Notes under the pieces: generated by a model | What the model saw: the letters and a program-made list of their open reading frames with translations, nothing else | What the model was told of the DNA's origin: nothing | Database searches by the model: none | Part shown: in pieces, positions 52,960 to 64,000 of the stretch | How the letters are laid out: each line of letters opens with the position of its first letter | Position numbering within the stretch: the stretch's first letter is position 1 | Assembly: GCA_973895155.1 (NCBI GenBank) | Contig: OZ316891.1 | Coordinates: 11,468,771 to 11,532,770 of the forward strand | Length of the DNA: 64,000 nucleotides | Source of the DNA: Marsupella aquatica | Taxonomy: Eukaryota; Plantae; Marchantiophyta | Reading direction: 5' to 3' | Program-made: the position numbers and the translations under genes

Positions 52960-53439
52960 ATGGCAAGGCCAAAGGTTGTGATTAAAAGACATGGCAAGCA
53001 TGTCTCCAGCTCGAGTGGTGCAAACGTGATTATGTTGTCATCAAGCGATTCCGAAGACGTTGCTCCTGCTACCACACCATCTTCACAACATGTGGAGGAG
53101 GGCAGCTCATCCCAGGCTCGGTCGAGCCTTCCCATAGTGGCACCCGTTGTTGGCGAGGGCAGGGCTGTGCGAGCAAGAGCTGTGACTCCGGCCCCGGTAG
53201 TGGCACCACAGGTACCAGCAAATGTAGCCCCACCATTGCAAGAGGAGTACTACGTTCCAATTGTCCCAAGACCGAAGTTCAAGGCTCAAAGGAAGGCACG
53301 AGCTATTGTTCGATTTGAGCTCGAGAAAGAGGAGGAGAGAGAGAAGGATTGGAGGGACAATCCTTCCAACTTGTCTTCTGACTCGGAGGATGGCGAACTC
53401 GATTCCAGTGGCTATAGATGGGAGTGGCCATCTCCCTGA
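52960..53439 (+). CDS. Uncharacterised third ORF inside the Harbinger element (159 aa, mostly disordered-looking)
   Basis: Intact ATG ORF in actATGGC context with protein-like organisation: basic N-terminus, S/acidic patch, P/V/A-rich linker, charged helix and acidic-aromatic tail. Confidence 0.65.
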   Translation: MARPKVVIKRHGKHVSSSSGANVIMLSSSDSEDVAPATTPSSQHVEEGSSSQARSSLPIVAPVVGEGRAVRARAVTPAPVVAPQVPANVAPPLQEEYYVPIVPRPKFKAQRKARAIVRFELEKEEEREKDWRDNPSNLSSDSEDGELDSSGYRWEWPSP

Positions 53440-53754
53440 GGATTCATACTCTGCAGATGATGTGCAAGGAGTTGGCCATGTTTTTTAGTACCGTAGGGAT
53501 CGATAGAGCTCGGCAGTGTTTGGCCCATAAGCTCCATTGCACACAAAATTATGATGCGACAATCATGGTTGCAAACACTTAGCAATTTGTAGACACAGTG
53601 TGGTTCTTCAAAATAGGAGGAAATGTGGATACATTTGCAATGCAATATAAAAATGGCAGTCTGTATTCTTGAATTCAATCATGTACATTGCCCCAGGCAT
53701 GAGTCACTCTATTCAATGCCCTGACATTGCTTGCTATTTGATTGTCTGGTAGAA

Positions 53755-54915
53755 CTACATGAAGCTGTATAAATTGGTAACGTCTTGGTACTGGATGGAG
53801 GTCTGCGGATAGGCCTCCATCCATGGCTGACTTTCATTGTGCATGGGCGTTTCGCTTTCGCCACCAACTGAATTGTGGGTGTCCTCTCCAACCGGAGGCG
53901 AGTCTTCCAGGTCTTCAACATCTTCACCATCTTCTTCCCCGTCCTCCCCTTCATCGCCATGGAATTGATTGGTACTGCCCTCTCTATGTGTTCGAAATGG
54001 TGGCACATTCTCTTGGTCTTGCATTGTCCTGGTGAGGGACACAGATCCCTTCCTCAAGGGTTCCACTGATTTGAGTTGCTTCATGAGCTGCAGCTCTGCC
54101 ACCTCCCTCTTCTTTCTCAAAAAATTTTGTGCCTGCTCATCGAGGTTTCCCATGTTCACTGAAAACAATTGGATTTCATACACATCCTCCATGGCTCGAG
54201 CTCTCCGATTTAATGCAGCTGCAATTGCAGACGTCGATTCTGCCAATGAGCTCTTGTTCTTCAATGCCTTTCTCTCCAATGCAGCCAACTCTTTAGCTTT
54301 TTTGTTACCAATCGGGCGATCGGTAACCATCTCAGGTGTAGCACTCTCTTTCGTGGGGCTATCATCATCGGCCAAATCGATTGCTTCGCTTTCTGCATCT
54401 CGGGAATTTTTGGCCTTCTTCCGCTTGGAGGCTCGCTCGAGATGCTTGTCGTTCAATCGTGCTGCAACCTGCCACTTTGGAGAATCCTTCAGGATTTTCC
54501 AGGCGCCATCCATAGTAAACTCTAGGCCCTTCTTGTGAGTTTGCTGGTAAAGTGCCTTCGCCTTCTCCATTTGCTCCTCTTCGTTTGTGCCAGACTCATT
54601 CAGCTCAATGATTGTTGACATGGCTCCGGTAAACTTTGCACAATCATGGTTGATCTCGCTCCATTTCGATCCCAATGAGCGAATCGACCTTGGGACGTTC
54701 TTCACGACACCTGGGAACTTCCTCCTGAATTCAGACATGGCTTTCGTGAAATGGGCCTCAATCTTGGTCCAGTACACATCAGACTTCTGTTGGGCTCCCA
54801 CAGCTGAGCAATTGCTGCATGCAAGCCACGATCGCGCAATTTGCTCAATCTCAATGTTTGAGAAATTGGCCTGTTTCTTGCCCTTGCCCTTGGCAGACAC
54901 ATCCACTGGAGCCAT
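53755..54915 (-). CDS. Harbinger Myb/SANT-like DNA-binding protein with NAM-associated domain, 386 aa, intact
   Basis: NFSNIEIEQIARSW...VGAQQKSDVYW...RSIRSLGSKWSEINHDCAKF, ESGTNEEE..AKALY, FTMDGAWKILKDSPKW and RPIGNKKAK are typical of PIF ORF1. ATG at 54915 in aacATGGC context. Confidence 0.93.
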   Translation of the reverse strand: MAPVDVSAKGKGKKQANFSNIEIEQIARSWLACSNCSAVGAQQKSDVYWTKIEAHFTKAMSEFRRKFPGVVKNVPRSIRSLGSKWSEINHDCAKFTGAMSTIIELNESGTNEEEQMEKAKALYQQTHKKGLEFTMDGAWKILKDSPKWQVAARLNDKHLERASKRKKAKNSRDAESEAIDLADDDSPTKESATPEMVTDRPIGNKKAKELAALERKALKNKSSLAESTSAIAAALNRRARAMEDVYEIQLFSVNMGNLDEQAQNFLRKKREVAELQLMKQLKSVEPLRKGSVSLTRTMQDQENVPPFRTHREGSTNQFHGDEGEDGEEDGEDVEDLEDSPPVGEDTHNSVGGESETPMHNESQPWMEAYPQTSIQYQDVTNLYSFM

Positions 54916-55679
54916 GTTGGGAGATGCCTGCAAAATTGCCAGAGGGAGCACAGGAAACCTACCCAATCAACACTTGAAGTTTCAGAACGCACGCTTGGAA
55001 AACGTGTATTTGCCATCCCCAATTGTTGTAGAGTGGAATCTCGAGTCGAAGCGGGAAACGCTTCAGTTTGCATTTCGGGAGTTTCGCGCGGATGACCTCC
55101 TTCCCACACGGAGCACAGCCTTTCCACAACCGTCAGATCGTGATCTGGATAAACCCCGTCGAGGGCCAAATTATACAGTCAATGCGCTATGCGAGGCAAA
55201 CTTTAGCGTTTGCGTAAGCTGAAACCCCGTATGCGGGATGTGCGATAGCGTTAGCGGCAATCCGTTGGGCTTGGTTTTTTCCCTCTGTCTTACGGGGTTT
55301 GGTTAAGATAGCGTTAGCGTAGCGGACCCAGCAACCGTTGGAGATGCTCTAAGAGTGGCCACTTTAGTTCCGGGAAAACCTGCTTGACCGAGACCACCAC
55401 CAAAAACGAAGAGGTTTGAGATGCCCTAGATAGGGGAGAGGCGACTTGAGGTGGACCGGGGTCATTCAGCACGAGGGAACAAAAAGAAGCACGAGGGAAC
55501 AAAAGAAGCACGACGGCACACAGGTACACAGCTCACGCAGCTTGTCCTTCTGCTCCGACTTCAACAGCTCAAAGCCTCAAAGTGAACGTTCCTCCAGAGC
55601 TGTTGGGTATGGTAGGATGAGGCTGTCGCACTGAAAATTCTGGCTGGCGGTCAAGTCCGTCAGGCAGCTGGTCAAATTC

Positions 55680-57678
55680 GTAAGCTTCCCTGCGGCCGCC
55701 GGTCAATTGGCCTCGAAGCTTCGTGGTCGGAGACCCTCGAATGCTCGAGTGTAAGCAACTCGGAAGCTACAGCTGAAGCCACCCAACAAACGCAACGCAA
55801 CGCAACGCAACGCAGCAAGCACTGTTGCTGGCTGAGTGCGCCTTCCTCTCTCCATCCTCTCCACCGTTTCTTCTTCGAGGCTTCGCTCTCCCCAACCTCC
55901 GCGTTTCGGGCTTGCGGCAGCTTTTCTCGCCAATCTGCTATGCTGCTCTGTCTCGTTTCGTCACTTCCCACCAATCTGCTCTGCTCCGTTGCTCTGTCTC
56001 TTTTTCGTCCCTTCTCACCAATCTGCTGCCGCTGCTGGCTCTGCCTTTCTGTCCGCCTCGTCGTCTGTTGGTTCTCCTTTCTAAATAAGTCAGTGAGAAG
56101 GTGAGGCCGAGAGCCGAAGGCAGCGGAGCGAATCGGGTCTGTCTTTGCTGGTGCCGCAGCTGCTCTTGCTCATTATCATCATTGTTAATATCATCCACTG
56201 CAGGGAAGGAAGGAGGGAAGAGAGGACGGACGGACGGACGGACGGGCGGGAGGGCTAGAGTGGAGCAGTGTGGTTGCTATTGATTGAATGACCTGCCGGT
56301 GTTCTTCTCTGCTGGAGTGCAAGTGTGGGGAGAAGTAAAGGGAACGAACTGGACTGGAGGAGTTGAGTTTGGAGGAGGGGCGACAGATAGGCAAAAGGGC
56401 AGGTACTGTAGTTCTATTAATCAGGAAGTTGTCGAGTGGGGGTTGTGGATGAATGAATCAGTTGACCGATGTACACGGTGCAAACGGTGCTGCTTCCACG
56501 TTTGGGTTTGGCTCCTGCGTATTTCCTCGAGGAACAGCGAAGCTTTGGATTTAGAGGACGACGATGGACTCGCATCTCTGACTACTTTTCACAGTCGTCA
56601 CCCTTGGCCTGCCGGGCGGCTGCTTCTACTACTGCCAATCCTCTCTCCTTCGTTGATTTGAGGTCTGTCTTATCTATCAACACCCCCCCCCGCATCTCTT
56701 CCTTTCTCTGTGCCCCTTTTCTCTCTGTGTCCTGTGCGTGTGTGCGTGTGTACGTGTGTCTGGGCTGCAGCGGTGGTTTCTGAGTCTCGTTGCGTTCCCA
56801 CTTCAATGTCGCTGGGTGGTTAGATTTTGGCCTTCTCGTAGTCCCTGCCTGCCTTCACTCGATTGATGTTACTTCGAAGGTTTTTGTGAGGCCAGTTTTG
56901 CTCTTGCCGCTGGGGACTAGTTTCGAGACCTCCCCCTCCACGCGAAAGCTCCCAACTTCGGTCAACTTATACTCTTGCCTTCCTCTTTCGAGCTCTTATT
57001 TTCCATTCGCAACAATTCGAAAATATCGCTTCCATTAGGCTATTGTGATGACGGAGCCGTCATCTGCTGGAGAACCCAGGTTGGTATATAAGGAGGACTC
57101 CAGGAGGGCCCCTTGGAGCGTTTGGCCAATTTGACCCATACGGATTGGAGGTGTTTGGTCTGAGTCGAGCTTAGAACGCTGGTTGGTGGGTTGGACTTGA
57201 CACAACCAGGTTGAGGCTTCTGGGTTGAAGCTTCTGGTGACCTGAGCCTTTGGAAACGGGCCTGGAAATTGCTGATATGTGAAACTGAGACTTAAAGTGG
57301 GAGTCTACAATTTTATTGTACTTAGCTCGCCCTTAACTCCCCGGAACACCGAGAGGGAGGAGGCGAGCAAAATTGTGGGCAAAGGTACTCATTTTACGGG
57401 TTTCTGCACAGAGCAAAATTCGGGCTCCTCCTTCTCCAGAGACTTACACCTCTTCTCCAATTTTTCAGAGGACTTCAATTGACTCAGAGTGGGATTAAGG
57501 GGCCGTTCAAGAGTATCTGTATCGAGCTGGGCGTTCTCCGTGCTGTTGCTGCCGGTGCTTCACTTTCGTAGCTGAAGTCTGGTTGTACGGAGGAGAAGAA
57601 AATTGAACGTCAAGTTTTTAGCTCGTTTCTGGGAGGTGAAAGAGCTGCCTTGTGCATGTGTACTGTTCCGTGGCAGCC
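55680..57678 (+). promoter_or_regulatory. Putative CAMTA promoter and long 5' leader
   Basis: CpG-rich with CT-rich tracts, (CAACG)n and (GGAC)n microsatellites, and CCGCGT at ~55899. It lies directly upstream of the CAMTA ATG. The TSS was not determined. Confidence 0.5.
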
Positions 57679-60600
57679 ATGACTGCCGGCAGTCGACGTG
57701 GTAATATGGCGCCGCAGCCCGGTATGAATACTGTCCACTTTTTAATGTCAGCGTGCCACATGCTCAACGAATTTTATGACACCGCTTCGACCAATTGGGG
57801 GCCAGAGATTTTTGCTCAGTCGGTTTTGGTGGATGAAAGAGGGTTCATATATTAGTCAGGTGTCATCGAAGGTTATGTCTGACTTAATGATCACAAGAGC
57901 TGGGCTTGTTGGCTTTCGAGGTTGTCACTTCTGTGCAGTGTACGGTTTCTGTGGCCTGTTGCCGCGTGTCTCTTGTCCATCTTGGCGTTTGCAGTGGATT
58001 GACTTTACACATTTGATGTGTCTTCAGAGGTCGACATACGTCAAATTATTCAAGACGCTCAGAATAGGTGGCTCCGGCCTGCGGAAGTATGTGAGATTTT
58101 GCGTAACTACAAGCTGCACAATTTTAAGCTGAATCCAGTGCCACCCACAACTCCTCAAAGTAAGTAATTAAGTCAAAGTCTTGGGTTCTTTTTCTGGGAG
58201 AGAAATGGAGATAATCCTTCTTGAGAACAACTTTCAAGACAATCCAGTAGGGTGGATGATGTTGTAACCTCAAGGGCTTTTCGTTGTTAGCATTCTCATG
58301 TGTCTGGCACTAGTATCAGATTTAGCACTGTGTGTACTTTGTTCGCAGTAGTTAAGTTGATGAGCTACTTTTATTCGCGATTACCTTTCGAAGAGGTTCT
58401 GAGAAGACGCTGTTGTACTTTTTGGTTCTATTCAGGTGGCTCTCTGTTTCTTTTTGACCGAAAAACTCTCCGATATTTTCGGAAAGATGGCCACAACTGG
58501 CGCAAGAAAAAAGACGGGAAAACTGTCAGAGAGGCTCATGAACGCTTAAAGGTAGAAGTCCCTGTCCCCCATATGGACTGCTTCAAAATAACAGATTCTT
58601 CTCTTTTCCTAGCTTGTTATGGTGAGTGTTGGATTTCGCTGTAGACGCTTGATGGAACCATTTGATAGGACGATTATCCAAGTCAATGTGGAAATTCCTG
58701 CTACTTCGTAATACAGGATATTCTGTTCTCCGAATTTTATGACCAGGGCTTCTAACTTCAAGATGCTTTGGTGTACAGGCAGGGAGCATCGATGTGCTTC
58801 ATTGCTATTATGCACATGGAGAGGACAATCCAAATTTTCAAAGGCGAGCATACTGGATGCTTGATCCGTAAGTATCCAAGTACGTGAACCTCCGCTAATT
58901 GGACTTTCAGGGTCGTCCAGATGGTGAGGAGTGGGAAGTAGAGGAAGTAGTCTGGAATCATAGCTCAAAGAAGAAGTAGATGGAAATCAGCAGTGTGTCA
59001 GGGTACAAATGAAGATATTGATCTTTGGATCGGTCAAGTTTTCCATTATTTTTGTTCTCGGCGAGGGCTTTTAATTCAGCGAGTGTCAAGTCTGATTTAC
59101 AATCAGCGTTCAATCCTAGCACGGAATTGTGGGAAGGTAAACATTCGCTTGAAATATGAGTTCAGTCTTGAGTTTCTTTAGGGATGTGATGAGAGCTTAA
59201 GTTGTGAACAACTAATCAATTTTTCCCCTGGTTTAGATGTTGAAACTTTTTGTCAGGACGGTTTTTGAAGTTTCCAACAAATTTATCTCGGACTCCATTT
59301 GATAGTCTTTGTATGTGTTTTTTTGGTGCAGTGCATATGAGCACATTGTCCTCGTTCATTACAGAGAAGTAACTGAGGTAGGTGTGCTTCCTTCTTTCTA
59401 GGCATGCCAGGGCCATTTATAATACACATCTTTCGTCAGTTCTTCTTCGAAGTGCGTTCTTGACGGTGTGGAGCTTTTCCAGGGGCATCGACTGTGTATA
59501 CGCAACGTGCATGGTTACGGTACGACTGAGACAACGTCAAATGCTGGGAGTCTTCACCCATTGCCTACTCAGCTACCTCCGTTTGGACCCAGCAGTGTGA
59601 ATTCTCTGAGTGGTCCAACTTCCATCCCTAGTCCAGATACAGTAGAGATGCCAGGAAGTTCCCATTCACCAGAGTTAGAAGATGTGGACTCAGCAGAACC
59701 AGAGGAATTGGAAGAGGCAGTTGCGGAAATTGCTGGCGATCCTACTAGTTTGCAACCATCACTGTTGGAGCAGCTGACAGACCGTCAACACGTAGCACCT
59801 ATTCAGTCTTGGCAATCAGGGGGTTTAAGGAACACTAATAGCCTCGGGGGTATTGATGGGCCGGTGAACCCACATTTGTTTCCACCTCAGAAAGACTTTA
59901 AGCCACAATTTACTGATTTACAGAACCTTTCACAGCGAGCGCCTCCGATATCGAGTCGGTATCGAACTGGAGATGTGAATACTTTAAGTCGCTTTGCAGA
60001 TATACTCGACAGTCCAGGTGGGGCATTGAGCCTGTTTCTTTGTCATCGCTGCTTTTGGCATAGCACGTAAAATCTAGAACTTTGCATATCATTCTGTGCA
60101 TTTCTTGTGATCATGATGTGTAGAAATTTTCACTGGTTTTGTAATTTTTCATAATCTTCCGCCACGGACGTTCAGACGGTGATTGGTCAAATGTGCATTT
60201 CCTCGTTCCAGAGAAGTACATTGATGATTACTGACATCTATACGTTGTCTATACAGGAACTTCTTACAATCTTCCACAGTCTTCTTCATCAAATTTGGAT
60301 CTGTCAGGGTGGACTAATCTTCTGGAAAATGGCCGAGGGAGTGGGGGACTGGGAAATGGCGGCGGAAATTTTGTGAAGTCTGAGTTGAACAGTCCCTCCG
60401 GTCCCTCTCCTTGGGAAGCAATGTTAGTCCAGGTCACTACTCCTAACTCTAGGAGGAATCTTCTTCAAGGAGCAGGATTGAATCCTGGGCTTGGCCAGTC
60501 CCCTCTTGGAAAAGATCAATCTCACACAATGGGCGCAGATCTTTCACCCAAAGGAAAGGGAATTGTAGATGCATTGTCACCCAGAAATTTAGGTCGGGAG

Positions 60601-63468
60601 CCTCAGTCTGCCCTTGAAGCCGATTTGCGCGATGTTTCAGAGAAAATCGTACTGAAGGAAGCCGAAGAAAAGGCTAACCAGGTGAATATCGGTCACATTT
60701 GTCAGCAGGCCGCAAATTCGTAGTCTGTAACTGACATATGGTGCCACTGACCGTTATTGTATCTAAACACAGCCTTTGACTTCGTTTGGTTTTGATATTA
60801 TCTACTGTGCTGATCGGTCATTACCAACTGCAGGCAGCGCGAAATCGTTGGCAGACATTCTCAGATTCTCCCATACTAAATGATGCTAATCAACGCATAC
60901 AAGCCCAGGTATGACGTGGGGCAGTCCTTGTTGATTTTTAGTTGACCTTATAGCGGGTCATTTGAACGACATTCTTTCCTCAGATTATGAAAACAGTAAA
61001 TATTGTCCCCGAAGTTGGATCAAGTGGAATTAGCTTGCTCATATTTCGCTAAATTTGCTGCAGTCTGGTGCCCAGCAAATTCAGGCGATGCCTTTTGGGG
61101 AGCCAGACACACTGGGTGCTCTCGTAAGAAGTGGTCAATCACAGCAAGATTCGAACTCTGTGAAACAAGAGAGACCATGGGCACCACAGCAGCAATCTCA
61201 GGGTGTCAAGAATCTTATTAATCAATATGAGCAAGGCCAGCAAAACTTACCACAACAGCAAGATCAAAAGCTGCAAGTGTCAGTGACTGCTCCTCAGCCG
61301 AACAACTTTGCGTTCTTGGACAACAATTTGTTCTCTCCCACGATTGAAAGTTTACTGAAGGATGTTCAGAGTGATGATTCTACCAACCTTGGGATCATGG
61401 AGAGCTACAAGAAGTTCGGTAGCTTTGGGAAACTAGATAGTTTTGGGCGATGGATGAATACAGCTGATGACATTACAGATATCCCGCCTATGTCTGGCAC
61501 CTCCGGAAGCTTGTGGGATTCAGGGTATCAGGACGATACCATGTCAGGTGTTCCACAGCACATGGATGAAGGCAATAGCCCCTCACCTTCACTTTCGGAA
61601 CAATTATTTAACATCATAGACATTTCGCCTGAGTGGGGTTCTTCGACCGAAGACACAAAGGTACTGCACTTTTCCAGGATGTGCCATTTATTTACGTCTG
61701 TTAACTTCATTCCTGGTATTCTTTTCGAAGAGAGTAGTGGCTTCGGTAAATCACCTTCCGGTGGACTAGTGCGGAGCCTTTCGCTTTTGAGGGCAATTAG
61801 TTTTTAAGTTTCTTGGAGAGAGAAGTGCACCGCAGTCTCAGAAATTTTATTTGCAAACGGTATTTTTCTTCATCTTATGGATAGGTTTGCCAATATTCTG
61901 TTGTTGATTGTGAGATGGGGAGCGTCCCTGGGCTACATGACTGCAAGGGCAGGGCAGAAATTCCTTAGCACCCGGCGAGAATTCTGAATGACAAAACCTT
62001 TCATGTGCAGGTGATCATCTGTGGGTCCTTTATGCCAATGACGAACTATACAGATCACACCTGGTGTTGTATGTTTGGTGAGACAGAGGTCCCTGTCGAG
62101 ATACTTGGAGAAGGTGTACTCCGTTGTAAAGCTCCTCCTCATAATCCGGGCGAATTGCCGCTTTACATCACTCGCAATGATAGACAAGCGTGTAGCCAAG
62201 TGCGTTCCTTCACGTATCGCTCACCCGAAAGTTCTTCTAAGGAGGTGATGCTATATGCTTCTGATGGTCAATCGGAAGGAGAAACCAAGGAGGAGTTACT
62301 GCTGAAAATTAGGTTGTCACGCATACTTCTAGGGCATACAAATCCAGTAACTAATAGTAGGATAGGGAACAGGATAGAGACATTTGAACCAAGGGACAAT
62401 GAGGAATGGGTATCCCTTGAAGAGATGGTCAGGTATTGTCCCCTAGTAGAGGTGAAAGAGCAGTTGCTTCAGACTATCTTGAACCACAAGTTGAAAGAAT
62501 GGCTGCAGGCCAAATCGAAATTGGATGATGGACGAGGGCCTAGGGTTCTTGACGATGGTGGTCAGGGAGTTCCCCATTTCTTGGCTGCATTAGGATATGA
62601 TTGGTCCGTTGCACCACTTTTTGTTGGTCAGGAGGATCCTGATAAGGGTATTCCAATCAATTTCCGGGACAATGCCGGGTGGACGGCGTTGCACTGGGCA
62701 GCCAAATATGGAAGGTCAGTTAACAGTCATCGCAATAGTGACTTCATCTTATTCTTTTTCTCTTCCAAATCTTCAGCAGGATATTACCTTGCCTTTGTCC
62801 AACTATCCTTATTTTAGAATATTTTCTGTGGCAGGGAGAAAACGGTGGTGGCCCTCCTCGATGCTGGTGCAACTCCCGTTCTGGGCTCGGATCCTACTCG
62901 TGCATGCCCAAGAGGTCTAACAGCAGCTGACTTGGCATACGCTGGTGGCCATGGAGGAATAGCCGGGTTTTTGGCTGAGAAGTCGTTGACAGATCGATTG
63001 TCAGGCCTCACGTTGGGTGAGAGAGGGACACTTATAAATGATCTAGACAAGATGTCAGCTGATATGGAGGGTGAGAAGGCAGTCGCCCAACTCTCTAGAA
63101 GAACTAGCATTGTGCGCAGTGTCCAGGTAGCAGAGGATCAGGTGAGATTGCGGACATCATTGGAAGCAGTGAGGAGCTCAACACATGCCGCGGCACTAAT
63201 ACAGTCAGCTTTCCGGCAACATTCCTTCCGCAGAAAAGCACAATTTGATCCTCTCGGTGATCAGGGAGGCTTTGATGAGTATGGCCTGACACCTGCGGAA
63301 ATGCAGAATTTTGTGGCGGCTAGAAAGATTCAGCTGGCTTTCCGTGGTCATCATCAAAAGAATAAGATCAAGCAACATTTGGCTGCAATACGTATTCAGC
63401 AAAAGTTCCGGGGTTGGAAGGGACGAAAGGAGTTCATCAACATTCGACAGAGGATTATAAAACTCCAG
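57679..63468 (+). CDS. CAMTA: Calmodulin-binding transcription activator (CG-1, TIG, ankyrin, IQ); multi-exon, 3' end beyond window
   Basis: CG-1 exons: 57679-57721, 58028-58159 (AQNRWLRPAEVCEIL), 58436-58551 (GSLFLFDRKTLRYFRKDGHNWRKKKDGKTVREAHERLK), 58779-58867 (VLHCYYAHGEDNPNFQRRAYW) and 59332-59377 (HIVLVHYRE). TIG at 61.6-62.2 kb (IIDISPEWG, CMFGETEVP..GVLRCKAPPH). Ankyrin GWTALHWAA. IQ motifs IQSAFR, IQQKFRGWKGRKEF. Confidence 0.97.
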
Positions 63469-64000
63469 GTTTCTGAATATTTCCTTCTCATCATCTTTGT
63501 TCAGTACTTTTCATGATAAGAAGCCCTGTATGCAGAGGAATGGCATCCAGGCATCTTATTTTCTCCGGCTCCAGAACGTATTCGAGGCGTTGCTGAATTA
63601 GAAAAGGAACGAATCACGATTGGTCACTGACTTTGCACATCTGAAAGAAGGTTATTTTGCGTATTTTTATTTTTAATCAGAGATAACCTAAAATCAAACA
63701 TGGAGTGGTAGGGAAGGAGGCTAAGTACGAAGTCCTAGGACTTCAAGCGACTTTTACGGTTGCCTTAGGACGTTAACTATCTAAGTCTTCGTTGAGCGGA
63801 GAATCTACCGGGCATATTTCATTTTCGGGGAATGCTCCATTTTCTCTCTCCTGGTCCAAACATTGTCTGTTCTTATCAGCGTTGACTGCTGCTTATGATA
63901 GCGTTATTCTCTCGCCCAGGATTTAGTTCTTTAGGAGCTTACCCCTACTGACATTAAAAACTGAAATCAAACTGCACGGAATGATTATGACTTTGGCGTT

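Larger units (their letters stand above)
50472..55349. mobile_element. Full-length PIF/Harbinger DNA transposon (4878 bp)
   Basis: Perfect 14-bp TIRs GAGCATCTCCAACG (50472-50485) and CGTTGGAGATGCTC (55336-55349). TAA TSD at 50469-50471 and 55350-55352. Encodes a Harbinger DDE transposase and a Myb/SANT protein. Confidence 0.97.

Noticed and set aside
53969-55222. 189-aa and 211-aa plus-strand ORFs inside the Harbinger
   Set aside because: They are antisense shadows of the Myb/SANT gene.

Overview
Eukaryotic land-plant nuclear DNA with GT-AG introns. A liverwort or other bryophyte origin is my inference from protein style and is unverified. Four host genes are recognisable: an F-box/Cyclin-D1-binding-domain gene (6.2-8.8 kb, +, possibly disabled), an intronless ATL RING-H2 E3 ligase (+), a convergent EVE/THYN1-like gene (-), and a CAMTA transcription factor (57.7 kb onward, +, runs off the window). 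The rest is mostly transposon debris and tandem duplications: a 5'-truncated LINE with TSD, two foldback Mutator-like MITEs with 10-bp TSDs, LTR-like remnants and decayed ORFs. The most striking object is a structurally complete 4.9-kb PIF/Harbinger element (perfect 14-bp TIRs, TAA TSD) inserted into a ~78-bp minisatellite upstream of CAMTA. Besides the canonical transposase (two in-frame TGA stops) and Myb/SANT genes, it carries an intact third ORF with a histone-H3-tail-like N-terminus (ARPK) and a SUMO-interacting-like motif. That ORF is a speculative candidate for a transposon-encoded chromatin or anti-silencing factor.
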